From IMG/VR virus record IMGVR_UViG_3300048597_000115, positions 1 through 43,525 of that record: 43,525 nucleotides of DNA. One strand, 5' to 3'. The translations under genes and the position numbers were made by a program. Positions 42,859 to 43,525 of the stretch are shown piece by piece (positions within the stretch are counted from its first letter, which is position 1; each line of letters opens with the position of its first letter). Origin of the DNA: a virus. The notes under the pieces are model-generated. The model searched no databases. It was not told the DNA's origin and saw only the letters and a list, made by a program, of their open reading frames with translations.

Positions 42859-42927
42859 TTACCAATAATAAATTGTTGCTATCACAAATAAAATAAGCAG
42901 AAGTGCGATGAAGTCTTCTTCTCTCAT
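42859..42927 (-). CDS. 22-aa hydrophobic micro-ORF
   Basis: Hand-translated: MREEDFIALLLILFVIATIYYW. GGGGGAG SD 6 nt upstream. ATG abuts the stop of the upstream gene. Confidence 0.3.
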   Translation of the reverse strand: MREEDFIALLLILFVIATIYYW

Positions 42928-43149
42928 TTATAACTCCCCCAGTGGGATGAGAAGCTCTTCAATGCTGCGATTGAAGTAAACGTTTTGCTCGATGACTGGG
43001 TGATAGATGATCCACCCATCGTGTTGCCAGAGCCCCACCGAGTAACCCTCAAGGCTATCGAGATGGTGCGTGGTGGGTTTATCAAGGAAGCTCACGCGCA
43101 TCCCCACAAGAAGGTCCCCCCTTTGAGTCATAAAAACATATTCTTTCAT
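42928..43149 (-). CDS. hypothetical protein (73 aa)
   Basis: ATG in an ATGA overlap with the upstream gene. Confidence 0.45.
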   Translation of the reverse strand: MKEYVFMTQRGDLLVGMRVSFLDKPTTHHLDSLEGYSVGLWQHDGWIIYHPVIEQNVYFNRSIEELLIPLGEL

Positions 43150-43439
43150 GCTGTCCCCTTTCTTTCTTTTTCTTTGATGATTAAATAGCGATCGATCATG
43201 GCAGCGACACGGATGAAGTTGTGGCGCAGAGATTCTTGATTAAGCTCGGCGCGCACGGCTATGTCGGCAAGTGGTTCCCCGCTCATGTATGCAATGAAGT
43301 ATTCAAAGTTGATGAGAAAGCGGATGGCATTGTGGCGGATGTCGCCGCGAGTGAACTGCACCGCTTCGTTGTAGTAAGAAACGCACGCTTCTTTCACAAC
43401 ATCGACAGGGAAAGTGGGAAGTGGTCGAGGCTTATTCAT
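43146..43439 (-). CDS. hypothetical protein, possible HTH (sigma region-4-like) (97 aa)
   Basis: GEPLADIAVRAELNQESLRHNFIRVAAMI resembles an HTH. The start lies inside the terminal duplication and is ATGA-coupled to the VRR-NUC gene. Confidence 0.4.
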   Translation of the reverse strand: MNKPRPLPTFPVDVVKEACVSYYNEAVQFTRGDIRHNAIRFLINFEYFIAYMSGEPLADIAVRAELNQESLRHNFIRVAAMIDRYLIIKEKERKGTA

Positions 43440-43525
43440 AGAGCCCCCTCGAGCTCTCGCTCCACGTCGGTGAGTGAGCGCGCCACAAACGCAATGGCTC
43501 CGCTCTCTTTGGCTTTCTCGATGAA
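43399..43525. repeat. Right copy of the 127-bp exact terminal duplication
   Basis: Identical to nt 1-127. Contains a truncated second copy of the VRR-NUC 3' end. Confidence 0.95.

Larger units (their letters stand above)
1..43398. mobile_element. One unit length of a circularly closed temperate podovirus-like phage genome
   Basis: nt 1-127 are identical to 43399-43525. Integrase/excisionase, repressors, replication, packaging, head, tail and lysis modules are all present. Genes run across the junction without disruption. Confidence 0.85.

Noticed and set aside
1-43525. tRNA, rRNA, CRISPR arrays, IS elements
   Set aside because: No T-arm/acceptor-like sequences, no regularly spaced repeats and no transposase-like ORFs were seen. 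Coding density leaves no room except the gaps already described.

Overview
The window is one complete, circularly closed genome of a temperate podovirus-like phage or excised prophage. Nt 1-127 are repeated exactly at 43399-43525, so the unit length is 43,398 bp. About 60 genes are tightly packed. All are on the minus strand except three lysogeny-type genes: an XRE regulator (7778-8137), a small membrane protein with its own near-consensus promoter (8298-8537), and a cI/LexA-like repressor (40424-40948). Two minus-strand units can be read. (1) An early unit leaves the divergent region at ~7700-7777. It runs through small ORFs, a Cas4-like nuclease, an SSB-like protein, xis, int, a 314-bp non-coding gap (candidate attP), a replisome organiser, a primase-polymerase, a DnaB-like helicase and a VRR-NUC nuclease. 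It then crosses the window junction into an accessory block (PAPS-reductase-like enzyme, Cys-rich secreted protein, micro membrane ORFs) and ends at 40925. (2) A ~32-kb late unit leaves a second divergent region (40287-40423). Its order is Cro-like HTH, GT-A-like transferase, TerS, two small ORFs, TerL, GNAT, two small paralogs, portal, scaffold, major capsid, cement protein, T7 gp11/gp12-like tail proteins, three internal core proteins, gp17-like fibre adaptor plus fibre, lysis cassette, and an extra fibre-like protein. The standout is an 11,208-nt ORF (3,735 aa, ~26% of the genome) in the T7 gp16 (ejection/core) position. It carries a large internally duplicated module of unknown function, an HExxH zincin-like module and hydrophobic segments at both ends. 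It looks like an injected polyvalent effector protein and is my best candidate for an undescribed system. No tRNA, rRNA, CRISPR array, reverse transcriptase/DGR or phage RNA/DNA polymerase was seen. All functional calls rest on motifs read by eye; no database search was run.
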